Part shown: piece by piece, positions 18,011-28,141 of the stretch
Layout: the number at the start of each line of letters is the position of its first letter
Numbering within the stretch: position 1 is the first letter of the stretch
From: Cellvibrio sp.
GTDB lineage: Bacteria > Pseudomonadota > Gammaproteobacteria > Pseudomonadales > Cellvibrionaceae
Length of the DNA: 64,000 bases
Assembly (NCBI RefSeq): GCF_046347455.1
Contig: NZ_JAXMGC010000001.1
Location: 509,241-573,240, forward strand
Reading direction: 5' to 3'
Translations under genes and position numbers: made by a program
Notes under the pieces: generated by a model
What the model saw: only the letters and a program-made list of their open reading frames with translations
What the model was told of the DNA's origin: nothing
Databases searched by the model: none

Positions 18011-21000
18011 TTAAGATTTACTTACTGGTCGAAATGCCATGCGATAAAGCCCTGGCAATACAAGCAATGTCAGTAACGTTGAAGAGATGATTCCACCAAT
18101 AACCACTGTGGCGAGAGGTCGTTGAACTTCCGCACCAGTACCGGTATTGAGCGCCATTGGAAGGAAGCCTAGTGCAGCAACCAATGCAACCATCAGGATG
18201 GGGCGTAAACGCATCATTGCGCCTTCACTAATAGCGACATCAATCGATTTGCCTTCCTTTAAACCATCACGGAATGCAGACACCATCATCACGCCGGTTA
18301 GTACCGCGACACCCGATAGAGTGATGAACCCAACACCTGCGGTAATGGACAATGGAATGCCACAAATCCAAAGTGATATCACGCCTCCGGTAAGTGCAAG
18401 CGGTACTCCGCTAAATACAAGGAGCGCATCTTTTGCTGAACCGAAGGTCATCATTAACAGCGCGAAGATTGCGAGTAATGTAATTGGAACCAGAACACTC
18501 AAACGTTTGGATGCAGATTGCAATTGCTCAAACGTGCCGCCGTAACGAACCCAATAACCTGGTGGAAGTTTTACTTGCTGTTCAACTTTCTGTTGAACCT
18601 CAGCAACAAAACCTCCAAGGTCACGATCTTTTACGTTCGCACTTACCACTAAGCGACGCTTGCCATTTTCACGACTGATTTGGTTTGCACCAGGAGCAAT
18701 TTTTAACTTCGCGACTTCACCTAGCGGAACATAACCACCATCCGCTAATGGAATAGGAAGACGTGAAAGTGCAGTCAAATCATTGCGAAGTTTTTCAGGC
18801 AATCGAACAACGAGATCGAAACGCTTATCGCCATCAAATATTTGCCCAGCCTCTTCACCGCCAGTCGCGATGGATAACGTTTGTTGAACATCTGTCATAT
18901 TCAATCCGTACCGTAAAAGCGCAGGACGAATTGCTTCAACAGAGAGAATGGGCAAGCCATCCACTTGCTCAACCTTCACACTATCGGCACCTTTAATGCC
19001 ATTCAGCACACTCGCAATTTGATTACCAGAAGCGAGTAGCTGCTCAAGATCTTCACCGTAGATTTTGATACCCAGATCAGAACGTACACCTGAAATCAAT
19101 TCGTTAAAGCGAAGTTGGATAGGCTGGCTAATTTCGTAAGCATTACCTGGAACCAACGCGAGTTTCGATTCGATATCCTCAAGTACTTCAGCTTTAGTAC
19201 GATGAGGTGTGGGCCACTCTTTTTTATCTTTCAGCATGACATAACCGTCAGAAATGTTTGGCCCCATTGGATCGCTAGCAACTTCAGCGGTACCTACACG
19301 AGAGAAAAACGTTTTTACCTCAGGCACTTTCATAACAGCACTTTCAACTTGAAATTGCATATCAAGGGATTGCGTCAAACTTGTACCTGGAATACGTAAC
19401 GCTTGAACAGCGACATCGCCTTCATCCAAATTCGGAATAAATTCTGTTCCCATGCGGGTAGCAATGAATCCCGAAATCAAAACGAAAACAACGGCGCCCG
19501 CTAAAATTGGTTTGCGTAAACGCAACGCAAAATCGAGTACGCCGGTATATCCCTGCTTGGCTTTACGAACAATAATATTTTCCTTTTCTTCGATATGACC
19601 TGATAACAAAAGAGCAACAGCAGCAGGAACAAACGTTAACGACAAAATCAGCGCTGCGATCAGTGCCATGATGACGGTCATGGCCATAGGCGAAAACATT
19701 TTTCCTTCAACACCGGTCAATGCAAGAATTGGAAGGTTCACAAGAATTACAACCAAAACACTGATTAAACTTGGCGTGAACACTTCGCGAGTTGCACTGA
19801 ATACAATTTGAAAACGTTCATCCAAATTTAAATTGCGACCCAAATGATGTTGTCGTCCCGCGAGGCGAAAAATACAGTTTTCAACAATGATCACCGCACC
19901 ATCGACAATCAAACCAAAATCCAATGCACCTAAACTCATCAGGTTTGCGCTGACTTTTGTTTGAACCATGCCAGTCATTAACATCAACATAGAAAGTGGG
20001 ATAACCATTGCTGTGAGTAAAGCGGCACGCACATTTCCAAGCATTACCAACAACACAACTACAACCAGGATTGCACCTTCGAGCAAATTCTTTTGAACAG
20101 TTGCAATGGTTTTGTTAACCAAAATAGTTCTGTTGTAGACAGGCTCGGCAGTCACACCTTCTGGCAACGTTTTATTAATCTCAGTAATTTTGGCAGACAC
20201 AGCTTCAGACACTGTTCGGCTATTTCCACCAAGCAACATCACTGCTGTACCTAGCACAGTTTCCGCACCGTCTCTGGTTGCAGCACCTGTACGTAATTGC
20301 TTACCAAAACTTACGTCCGCCACATCGCGAATAGTCACCGGTAATTTGCCGCGATGAGCAAGAATAATTTGCTCAATCGAAGGGATATCGCTGACCTGGC
20401 CTGGAGCACGTATTAAGTATTGCTCGCCATTTTTTTCGATATAGCCAGCACCAACGCTCACGTTGTTTTTCTTCAATGCTTCTACAACATTTTCAAATGT
20501 AATTCCGTAAGCCAACAACTTCGCTGGATTAGGGGTGATGTGAAATTGTTTTTCGAAGCCGCCAATCGTGTTGATTTCTGTCACGCCTGGCACTAAACGC
20601 AATTGCGGACGAATCACCCAATCTTGCAATGTACGCAACGCGGTTGCATCGTAAGGTTGACCATTCGCTTGGCGTGCTTTGCTATCGGCATGTACAGCGT
20701 AATGAAAGATCTCACCCAAGCCGGTTGCCACTGGCCCCATACCAGGCTCAATACCTTGAGGCATTTGGCTTTTCGCTTGCTGCAAACGCTCGTTGATAAG
20801 ATTGCGCGCAAAATAAATATCGGTTCCGTCTTTAAACACAACCGTTACTTGCGACAATGCATAACGAGACAATGAACGTGTCTCTTCAACGTTAGGCAAA
20901 CCTGCAATAGCAACTTCAACCAAATAAGTAATACGTTGCTCAACTTCCAATGGAGAATATCCAGGAGCAGCTGTATTGATTTGCACCTGCACGTTAGTGA

Positions 21001-21124
21001 TGTCGGGAACAGCATCAATTGGAAGACGTTGGTAATTCCATACACCAACACCTGCTACAACCAACACTAAAAACAATACTAACCAACGGCGAGAAATGGA
21101 AAATTTTAGAAGTGCATCAATCAT
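18011..21124 (-). CDS. czcA: heavy-metal efflux RND pump, CzcA family
   Basis: 1037 aa with 12-TM RND topology and the HME-type motif DFGLIVDGAVIIVEN. Confidence 0.9.
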   Translation of the reverse strand: MIDALLKFSISRRWLVLFLVLVVAGVGVWNYQRLPIDAVPDITNVQVQINTAAPGYSPLEVEQRITYLVEVAIAGLPNVEETRSLSRYALSQVTVVFKDGTDIYFARNLINERLQQAKSQMPQGIEPGMGPVATGLGEIFHYAVHADSKARQANGQPYDATALRTLQDWVIRPQLRLVPGVTEINTIGGFEKQFHITPNPAKLLAYGITFENVVEALKKNNVSVGAGYIEKNGEQYLIRAPGQVSDIPSIEQIILAHRGKLPVTIRDVADVSFGKQLRTGAATRDGAETVLGTAVMLLGGNSRTVSEAVSAKITEINKTLPEGVTAEPVYNRTILVNKTIATVQKNLLEGAILVVVVLLVMLGNVRAALLTAMVIPLSMLMLMTGMVQTKVSANLMSLGALDFGLIVDGAVIIVENCIFRLAGRQHHLGRNLNLDERFQIVFSATREVFTPSLISVLVVILVNLPILALTGVEGKMFSPMAMTVIMALIAALILSLTFVPAAVALLLSGHIEEKENIIVRKAKQGYTGVLDFALRLRKPILAGAVVFVLISGFIATRMGTEFIPNLDEGDVAVQALRIPGTSLTQSLDMQFQVESAVMKVPEVKTFFSRVGTAEVASDPMGPNISDGYVMLKDKKEWPTPHRTKAEVLEDIESKLALVPGNAYEISQPIQLRFNELISGVRSDLGIKIYGEDLEQLLASGNQIASVLNGIKGADSVKVEQVDGLPILSVEAIRPALLRYGLNMTDVQQTLSIATGGEEAGQIFDGDKRFDLVVRLPEKLRNDLTALSRLPIPLADGGYVPLGEVAKLKIAPGANQISRENGKRRLVVSANVKDRDLGGFVAEVQQKVEQQVKLPPGYWVRYGGTFEQLQSASKRLSVLVPITLLAIFALLMMTFGSAKDALLVFSGVPLALTGGVISLWICGIPLSITAGVGFITLSGVAVLTGVMMVSAFRDGLKEGKSIDVAISEGAMMRLRPILMVALVAALGFLPMALNTGTGAEVQRPLATVVIGGIISSTLLTLLVLPGLYRMAFRPVSKS

Positions 21125-21181
21125 GACGTCACCTCCTTGTTAACCATATTTTTCCGGAAGGAAAGAATACTAATGCAGAAA

Positions 21182-22153
21182 TTATTCATGTTCAGCACCG
21201 TCCTTTCCTAATTCAGCTTTGATGATGAAACTGTTTTTGCTGGCATAGGTTTCACCCGCTTTAACACCACCGAGAACTTCGCTGACCTCACCATCTGTAC
21301 GGCCCACTTTTACTGGGCGCGGCTCAAAGCCTTTTTGTCCCTTAACAAATACAACTTGCTTACCTTCGTGATCTTGTAAAGCCTCATTACGAATCGTTAA
21401 AGCAGCAGTTTTTTTTGCAAGCACGACATCAGCATTCACGAAAAGACCCGGTGTCCATTCATGCTCAGCATTCGCTAATAACACGCGAGCAGTTAAGGAT
21501 TGATTTGTACTGGAACCTAGGGCCGACACTGAAATAATTTCGCCTTCGCCAGTAAGGTCACTTGATGGATTGGTAACTTTTACGGTTTGTCCAACACGAA
21601 TTTTTGCAGCATCGCGAGGGAAAATTGCAACATCCACCCAAACACTCGAAAGGTCTGCAATGACAAATACTGTTTTATCCGTAGTTTGCTCACCAACGTT
21701 AATATGTCGTTCTGCAATGACACCACTGATCGCTGACGTAATCGAATAGGTTTTTAAGCTCTCGTTACTTTCAACGGTTGCTAAGACTTCACCTTCTCTT
21801 ACAGCGTCGCCAACTTTTTTATTCACGGTGCGCACAGTGCCAACAAAACGTGCTGCAACACGTTGAATTTTTTCACCATTAGCATCGACCGTACCGTAAA
21901 GCGAAATCGTTTCACGAATGTCGGCAGGTCCAACTTGCGCAAGACCAATTGCCGCTGTTTTCAATTGCTCATTTGTTAAGGCTGCGGCTTTTTCTTCATG
22001 TTCTTCCGCTTGTTCCTGCTTAGCAGAACCTTTTGGTTCTTCTTTGGCTGCATTTGCCAATGAAATACCAATTAACGCAACGCTCAAAAATCCTATTTGC
22101 AAAAGATTCTTTGTAGATAATTTTTTTTGTACAACTTTTAAAAATGATTTCAT
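21182..22153 (-). CDS. czcB: RND efflux periplasmic adaptor (CzcB-like membrane fusion protein)
   Basis: Signal/anchor sequence followed by lipoyl and beta-barrel-like repeats. It sits between the TolC-like and CzcA genes, and its start overlaps the czcC stop. Confidence 0.8.
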   Translation of the reverse strand: MKSFLKVVQKKLSTKNLLQIGFLSVALIGISLANAAKEEPKGSAKQEQAEEHEEKAAALTNEQLKTAAIGLAQVGPADIRETISLYGTVDANGEKIQRVAARFVGTVRTVNKKVGDAVREGEVLATVESNESLKTYSITSAISGVIAERHINVGEQTTDKTVFVIADLSSVWVDVAIFPRDAAKIRVGQTVKVTNPSSDLTGEGEIISVSALGSSTNQSLTARVLLANAEHEWTPGLFVNADVVLAKKTAALTIRNEALQDHEGKQVVFVKGQKGFEPRPVKVGRTDGEVSEVLGGVKAGETYASKNSFIIKAELGKDGAEHE

Positions 22154-23463
22154 GGATTAACCCCGGAATTTTGTGCGGTGGTGGCAGTGCCACTGAGACG
22201 TTCAATTTCAGCGCGCAGCAAATGCGCATTTGCCGCTGCATCAATTAATGCAGATTCGGCTTCTAACAATTCACGCTGGGCAGTACTAAGTTCGAGATAG
22301 CCATAGCGACCTTTGTCGAATGCTGCTCGTGTACCGCTCACCGCTTTTTTTAATTGGGGAATAACATCGTTGCGTAAGCTTTTGATTTCAAAAAGTGCAG
22401 CCTGACGCTCCTGGTAAAGACCTGCCAATTGCGCGCGCATTTGAAGCAATGCCACTTCACGCTCGTTATCAACACTTAAACGATTTGCTCTTGCGGTCGC
22501 GACTTCGCCCGCTGCTCGACTGCTTCCAAAAAGAGGGACGGTAACGCCAACAACGACAGCTGAATCTTTGCTGGCTTGCAGGCGACGTACACCTGCATTC
22601 CATTCAAGATCTGCCTTACGCTGACTGAGAGCCAAACGAACTTCCGCGTCTCTCAAACGTGCTTCGTTTGCAAAGAGCAGAATGTCAGGACTATCCGAAA
22701 GTTGAGTCAGAAGTTCGTTAAGAGGGAGAGAATCACCAGTACTGAGAAGATCGGCATTTACCGAGGTGAAAGTTGGTTCAGTAGTACCCCACATAGCAGA
22801 CAATTTGATTCGTGCAGCATCGAAATTTAACTCCGCCTGCTTTAACTCAATGGCTGTGCGAGATTGGTTGGCTTGGGCACGCGCTAGCTCCGCATCAGGA
22901 GTATTCCCTGCATCTACTCGACGCTTGATTGATGCAGTTGTCTCAGTAGCAAGCGAAAGTGTGGATTGGCGTAAACCGAGCTGCTGCTGTGCGGTGGCAA
23001 CATCAATAAAACGGCGTGTTACCTCTGACAGCAAATCCAATTCGATAATGCGTTGCTGAACCGCCAAGCCTTGCTGGCGCTCAGTAACGACACCCATACG
23101 AGCTTCACGTTTATCACCCAGCTCAATAATTGATGACAAGGCAAGCGTGACTTCGGCACTTTTGGTTCCGGAGTAATCACCGGTTCCGGCAGCGTTTTCA
23201 ACCGTTGCACCAACCCGTAAAGCGGGTCTCAAGGCTGCGGTTTGAAGCTCTCCCTCAAGGGCTTGTCTGCGAAATTGGAAACTACTGAGTTGAGGGTTTT
23301 GGGCGAGAGTTGCCGTGACAGCATCCCGCAAAGATAACTTACTGCCTGAGGCAGTCTTGGTATCAGCCGTTGTTTGGGCTGAAACTTGAATAGCAGACGA
23401 ACAGAATAACAAGGTCGCTATCAGCGCGAACCTGATTCGAAAAAGGGACATAATGAACTCCAA
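22150..23463 (-). CDS. czcC: TolC-family outer-membrane factor (CzcC-like)
   Basis: Signal peptide and duplicated long coiled-coil repeats typical of OMFs. 4-nt overlap with czcB. Confidence 0.8.
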   Translation of the reverse strand: MEFIMSLFRIRFALIATLLFCSSAIQVSAQTTADTKTASGSKLSLRDAVTATLAQNPQLSSFQFRRQALEGELQTAALRPALRVGATVENAAGTGDYSGTKSAEVTLALSSIIELGDKREARMGVVTERQQGLAVQQRIIELDLLSEVTRRFIDVATAQQQLGLRQSTLSLATETTASIKRRVDAGNTPDAELARAQANQSRTAIELKQAELNFDAARIKLSAMWGTTEPTFTSVNADLLSTGDSLPLNELLTQLSDSPDILLFANEARLRDAEVRLALSQRKADLEWNAGVRRLQASKDSAVVVGVTVPLFGSSRAAGEVATARANRLSVDNEREVALLQMRAQLAGLYQERQAALFEIKSLRNDVIPQLKKAVSGTRAAFDKGRYGYLELSTAQRELLEAESALIDAAANAHLLRAEIERLSGTATTAQNSGVNP

Positions 23464-23539
23464 CTAATGCGCAGATGCGCAAACACGCTACTAGCCATGT
23501 CGCTTAGCGAGCAAAAGCCAATAACACAACAAATGGAAC

Positions 23540-23926
23540 TTAGTGGGAGTTTTTAGGTGGAGCGCGAAGCGGCGGGCGTAAGCCTGTTACGGTCAGCCAA
23601 GCTGAGGGCGTATTGGAAAGATTGTAGTGTTGACCACGGATAACGGGCCATACAAATACAAGAAATAACGCTAGTGCCAGAAAGGGTAAATCGAGGTTGA
23701 ATACCTTGATCGCGCTGGCCTGGGCAGGGTTATTATCAACATCGATATGCACTTTGCCCAAGGCATTGTGATCAACATCTGGACCATCTACAACATCAAA
23801 ATGAACCGATACTGGAGGCTCACCACCGTCAAAGCAATAGTGCCCGTGCATCCCGGTCAAACTGGCGATAAACCAGATGAGCAATGCGATATAGGCATAT
23901 TTTTTGTGATGGACCAGTTTTTTCAA
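23540..23926 (-). CDS. His-rich membrane protein, first gene of the czc-like operon
   Basis: 128 aa with an N-terminal TM, HGHYCFDGGEPPVSVHFD and DVDHNALGKVHIDVD segments, and a second TM. Confidence 0.45.
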   Translation of the reverse strand: MKKLVHHKKYAYIALLIWFIASLTGMHGHYCFDGGEPPVSVHFDVVDGPDVDHNALGKVHIDVDNNPAQASAIKVFNLDLPFLALALFLVFVWPVIRGQHYNLSNTPSAWLTVTGLRPPLRAPPKNSH

Positions 23927-24242
23927 GTCAGCGTCTCAAATGGGGTTAGTACAAAAACCAACCATATCCTTTTTAAACGATAGTCATTTTTTGTCAGAAA
24001 GACAATCCGTTTTGAGAGAAATACCTGATTTAATCTAAATTTGGGAGAAATTAGATCGATTAAAATTTATCAGCTTTACAACGCAAAACTTCTGTTAAGT
24101 AAAGTTTTACGCAGTTATCGGTTACCACCTCGCCTCCAATCTCGCCAGATTGGTGCAACCTCGGCATAAAAATCATCTTTTTTTGAACAGAACGATTGAA
24201 ATTCGACCAGAAGATCCCATATGTCGTTAAACGCATCACAAA

Positions 24243-25349
24243 ATGGATCAATTGATGAATGAAAAACAGCCTTTTCGGGTCTTATGTCTTGACGGTGGAG
24301 GAATGCGCGGTGTTTACCAGTCCGCGTATTTAAACACTTTCGCATCAAGACTTGCTGGTTTAGATGGTGGAAAAACAATAGACGTTGGCAAGAGCTTTGA
24401 TCTCATTGTAGGAACAAGTACAGGAGGAATAGTTGCCTGCGCGTTGGCCGCTGGAGTGCCATTACAGCAGGTTCGTGATCTTTATTACAAAGAAGGTCAT
24501 AAAATTTTCCCCCATCAATTTATTCGCCATATTCCATTACTTGGAAGCCTTGCTATAAGAGGGCTTGGCATTGGTTTATCCGCAGGTAATGACGCTCTGA
24601 AAGCTGCGCTTAATACTGCTTTTAATACTCAAACAGTTGATGAAGTCTATAAAAAACGAGGAATCGCATTTGCAATTCCTACATTAGATATCAATAGACA
24701 TTCTGCCGTCGTTTTTAAAACCCACCACCTATCTCGTTTAAATGGACGTGATAACTCCCGAACATTAGTCGATGTTTGTCTTGCAACCTCAGCAGCACCA
24801 ATGCTTCGCTCTATGGCCAAACTCATCGAACCTAGTAGTGCAGGAACGTCAACAACCGCTGTGTACATAGACGGCGGATTATGGGCAAACAATCCAGGCG
24901 CTCTTGGAATGATTGAAGCGTGTGAAATTCTTCAAGATAGAAACGAAGTTCGACCTATCCATTTATTTATGTTGGGATCTTTACCCTCCCAAGGAGGCGA
25001 AGAAATTTCCGATGCAAAACTACATCGAAATTCGTTTGGTTGGGGAGTAGGTATAAAAGCTATTGAAGCAAGTCTTAATGCTCAAGCTGTTGGCTATGAT
25101 TATATTTCATCGAAAATTGCATCACTTCGAAACGATGGAAGCTTTGCATATCGAATGCCCGCGCAATGCCCCTCAAATGAACTTAGAAACTATTTAAAAA
25201 ATTTAGATGACGCACGACATAAAGCACTGAATGCGCTGGAACGTCAAGCAATATCCGATGTGGATTGGGCTTGGGCGCAAATGAATACTACAAATCCCAC
25301 GAATCGCATGCAGTCTTTCAGGGATGCATTGATGACTACACTTAATTAA
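24243..25349 (+). CDS. capV: CBASS effector: patatin-like phospholipase (CapV-like)
   Basis: Oxyanion motif DGGGMRG, nucleophile elbow GTSTGG, and catalytic Asp in [11 protein letters not shown]. Confidence 0.85.
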   Translation: MDQLMNEKQPFRVLCLDGGGMRGVYQSAYLNTFASRLAGLDGGKTIDVGKSFDLIVGTSTGGIVACALAAGVPLQQVRDLYYKEGHKIFPHQFIRHIPLLGSLAIRGLGIGLSAGNDALKAALNTAFNTQTVDEVYKKRGIAFAIPTLDINRHSAVVFKTHHLSRLNGRDNSRTLVDVCLATSAAPMLRSMAKLIEPSSAGTSTTAVYIDGGLWANNPGALGMIEACEILQDRNEVRPIHLFMLGSLPSQGGEEISDAKLHRNSFGWGVGIKAIEASLNAQAVGYDYISSKIASLRNDGSFAYRMPAQCPSNELRNYLKNLDDARHKALNALERQAISDVDWAWAQMNTTNPTNRMQSFRDALMTTLN

Positions 25350-25362
25350 ACAAAGAGGACTG

Positions 25363-26412
25363 ATGCAAATGGCAGAGATAGATTGTAATAAAGACTTACG
25401 CGCTTACCACAATGAAAAAGTTACATTGGGTAAATCCGATCAAGATACGATGCGTAGTCGTCGCGATTCTGGCCGCACACGTTTACGAAATGGTTTAACC
25501 AGACTAGAGAAACCAGTACCAGAAAAAATTGAATCTCAAGGCTCCTACAGCATGAAAACCATGGTGCAGGATGACGCATGTGAATATGACATTGATGATG
25601 GGGTTTACTTCAAACCCGAAGATCTCACGTGGCTAGTTGTTTTTGAGCTATCACCCGCAGATGCACGTGCTCGTGTTTGTGAAGCACTGTCGGATGATGA
25701 GCGTTTGAAAAGTCCCGCTGAAGTGAAACGAAATTGTGTGCGCCAAACTTATCCGCAGGGTTACCATATCGACTATCCCGTTTACCGAATCAAAACAGAA
25801 ACAAACAGCGATGGAAATGAAGAAGAATATTTTGAATTAGCAAGCGGTGATGACTGGGTTCGATCAGATGCACGAGCAGTTACGAGTTGGTTTAATGGTC
25901 ACGTGACCAACCTTAATTCCGGTGAGGTTAATGACGGTAGCCAACTACGTCGAGTTGTAAGATACACAAAAAAGTTTGCACGTAGCGTAGCTGACTGGAA
26001 AGAAAAAACAGCATCAGGCATAACTATTACAAAGTTAGTTGTTGATTATTTCCAGTCGAGCGATGGCAGAGATGATCTTGCTATTCGAAATACTTGGAAA
26101 GCCATAAAGAAAGCTTTAGATGCTTCCACTGAAGTAAATCATCCCGTATTAAAAGACACAAAACTATCAGGAAAAGATGATGACGCAGTAACTTTTTTCA
26201 AAGATAAATTAGCTTGGGCACTCAAAGAACTCAATGTGCTCGATGAAAAGGATTGTTCGCATAAAAATGCGTTAGAAGCCTGGGATATAGTTTTTAGTGC
26301 TTCTTTTTTTGCAGCACGAGCTACAGAAGATACCAAGTCTCAGAAGTCAGCTTTTGTGGTAACACCCTCAAAAGTTTCAGAGCGTAATGATGATGGTGGT
26401 CGATTCGGTTAA
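25363..26412 (+). CDS. CBASS cGAS/DncV-like nucleotidyltransferase (CD-NTase)
   Basis: Pol-beta NTase signature QGSYSMKT...EYDIDDG with a later HIDYP acidic site. The C-terminus ends GGRFG. It lies between the patatin and Cap2 genes. Confidence 0.8.
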   Translation: MQMAEIDCNKDLRAYHNEKVTLGKSDQDTMRSRRDSGRTRLRNGLTRLEKPVPEKIESQGSYSMKTMVQDDACEYDIDDGVYFKPEDLTWLVVFELSPADARARVCEALSDDERLKSPAEVKRNCVRQTYPQGYHIDYPVYRIKTETNSDGNEEEYFELASGDDWVRSDARAVTSWFNGHVTNLNSGEVNDGSQLRRVVRYTKKFARSVADWKEKTASGITITKLVVDYFQSSDGRDDLAIRNTWKAIKKALDASTEVNHPVLKDTKLSGKDDDAVTFFKDKLAWALKELNVLDEKDCSHKNALEAWDIVFSASFFAARATEDTKSQKSAFVVTPSKVSERNDDGGRFG

Positions 26413-28118
26413 TGAATCCAAGTCAATCACTGCTCGTACAAAATATTGGAGCTGTTTTAAATAGCCAATTACCGGCGCGTTGGTCATTAGTTCCTACAAC
26501 CAACGCGCCCAGTATTAAACGGTCTTTAAATCTGCTTGCGGCAATATGGCGTGTCGAGTTTATTGAGGGTGATATTACATACCCAAATGTTACCCATCTT
26601 TTTGTTGCTATCGACAATCAGTATCCTAGAACTCAGCCAATAATATGGCTGCCTCAATATGTGCATGGGAAAAGTAAACGTTGGCCGCACATCGATATTT
26701 ATGGAAATCTTTGTCTTCCTAAATCATCTATGGCAGACGATCCTGCTCAGCGAGTTATTCAGCATCTTGCGTGGGCACAAAGCTTGTTAAACATGGATCC
26801 CATTAATAGACGCAAGGATTTTGCGAGAGAAGCTGCTGCTTATTGGGATCAAGCTCACGATAACAAAGAAAAAATTTATAGCCTGCTCTCTCTTAATGCA
26901 GAAAGCCGTTTAATCGTTTACTCAGTAGATAATCATCAAACTTTTTTTGCTGCAGATACCCCTGAAGAGCTTACTCAATACTTAAAAAATCTTCGTAGTA
27001 CCGAGAAATCAGCACAAATTTATCCAGGTTACCTATTATGGTTGGATAGTCCTTGGCTCCCGGATGAATTTCCCGTATTTGGTAGCGATCTATTAAATTT
27101 AATTCCTAAAAATATATTAGATCAAATACTGGTGGCCGGAAGAGACTGCTTAATTGTTATAGGGGCAAAAACTGACAATGGAATTATTTTTTTGGCATCG
27201 TTATTAAGAAGTCAAAAACTATCGGAAGCCATGCGAGGTTTTAGAACAACCTCAAAACTTCCTACTATGCTTGTCCATAAAGCTTTTACTACAAAAAAAA
27301 TTCTTAAAGCCAATGTGTCTAGAATTGATGGAGCTTGGGTGCATGGACGAGATCATGATCCAAACTATGAAACTTTACATCACAAAAAAGTGGTGATATG
27401 CGGATGCGGTTCGTTAGGTGCATCGGTAGCCCGGTTACTAGCGCAAGCTGGGGTGGGTACAATTCATTTAATCGATAATGATACAGTTGCATCTCATAAT
27501 GCATCGCGTCATATATTAGGCGTGGGAAGCTCTGGTGCGAGCAAAGTAACATCACTACGAAAACTTTTGCTTGCTGATTTTCCTCACATGTTAGAAGTTA
27601 CTGCACATCATAAAAAATTTGAAACATTAACGCAGCAAGAATTGGAGCTGATACAAGGTGCCGATGTAATTGTGAGCGCCGGTATCGATATTTCAGGGGA
27701 CTTATTTTTGGATGAATGGAGAAGAACTCACAGCAATGAATCAGTACATGTTTGCGCATGGGCAGAAGCTTTTGCCGTTGCAGGACACGCCGTCGCCTTA
27801 TTTAATGACGATAGTGTGAGCGCTATGTTTGATGAAAATATGGAGATTATTTTTAGGTCATGCGACGTTCCCGAAAGCGCGAACCATTTAGTTGCTATGG
27901 CAGGTTGTGGTGATGTATTTCAGCCACATGGTGCTATCGAACTTCAGTCAACCGTCAATATTGCAGCTCGAATTGTTATTGATATCCTTATGAATAAAGT
28001 TGCAAATTCAACGCGACGAACTTGGTTTGGAAATCGAGATGAAGCATTGCAGCGTAATCTAATACCTAGAGCAGACTTTAATGATGATTCATGTATTAAA
28101 GACTTTCCATGGCACTAA
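26412..28118 (+). CDS. cap2: CBASS Cap2: E2-like plus E1 (ThiF/UBA-like) fusion
   Basis: The ATG overlaps the CD-NTase stop (TAATG). N-terminal E2-like HIDIYGNLCLP. E1 Rossmann motif ICGCGSLGASVARLLAQAGVGTIHLIDND. Confidence 0.85.
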   Translation: MNPSQSLLVQNIGAVLNSQLPARWSLVPTTNAPSIKRSLNLLAAIWRVEFIEGDITYPNVTHLFVAIDNQYPRTQPIIWLPQYVHGKSKRWPHIDIYGNLCLPKSSMADDPAQRVIQHLAWAQSLLNMDPINRRKDFAREAAAYWDQAHDNKEKIYSLLSLNAESRLIVYSVDNHQTFFAADTPEELTQYLKNLRSTEKSAQIYPGYLLWLDSPWLPDEFPVFGSDLLNLIPKNILDQILVAGRDCLIVIGAKTDNGIIFLASLLRSQKLSEAMRGFRTTSKLPTMLVHKAFTTKKILKANVSRIDGAWVHGRDHDPNYETLHHKKVVICGCGSLGASVARLLAQAGVGTIHLIDNDTVASHNASRHILGVGSSGASKVTSLRKLLLADFPHMLEVTAHHKKFETLTQQELELIQGADVIVSAGIDISGDLFLDEWRRTHSNESVHVCAWAEAFAVAGHAVALFNDDSVSAMFDENMEIIFRSCDVPESANHLVAMAGCGDVFQPHGAIELQSTVNIAARIVIDILMNKVANSTRRTWFGNRDEALQRNLIPRADFNDDSCIKDFPWH

Positions 28119-28141
28119 AACTATGGAGTTAACCATTATTT

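Noticed and set aside
24060-24378. Two minus-strand ORFs (63 and 87 aa) at the czc/CBASS boundary, overlapping the capV start.
   Set aside because: They overlap the 5' end of a well-supported patatin gene and its likely promoter region, and no motifs are present.
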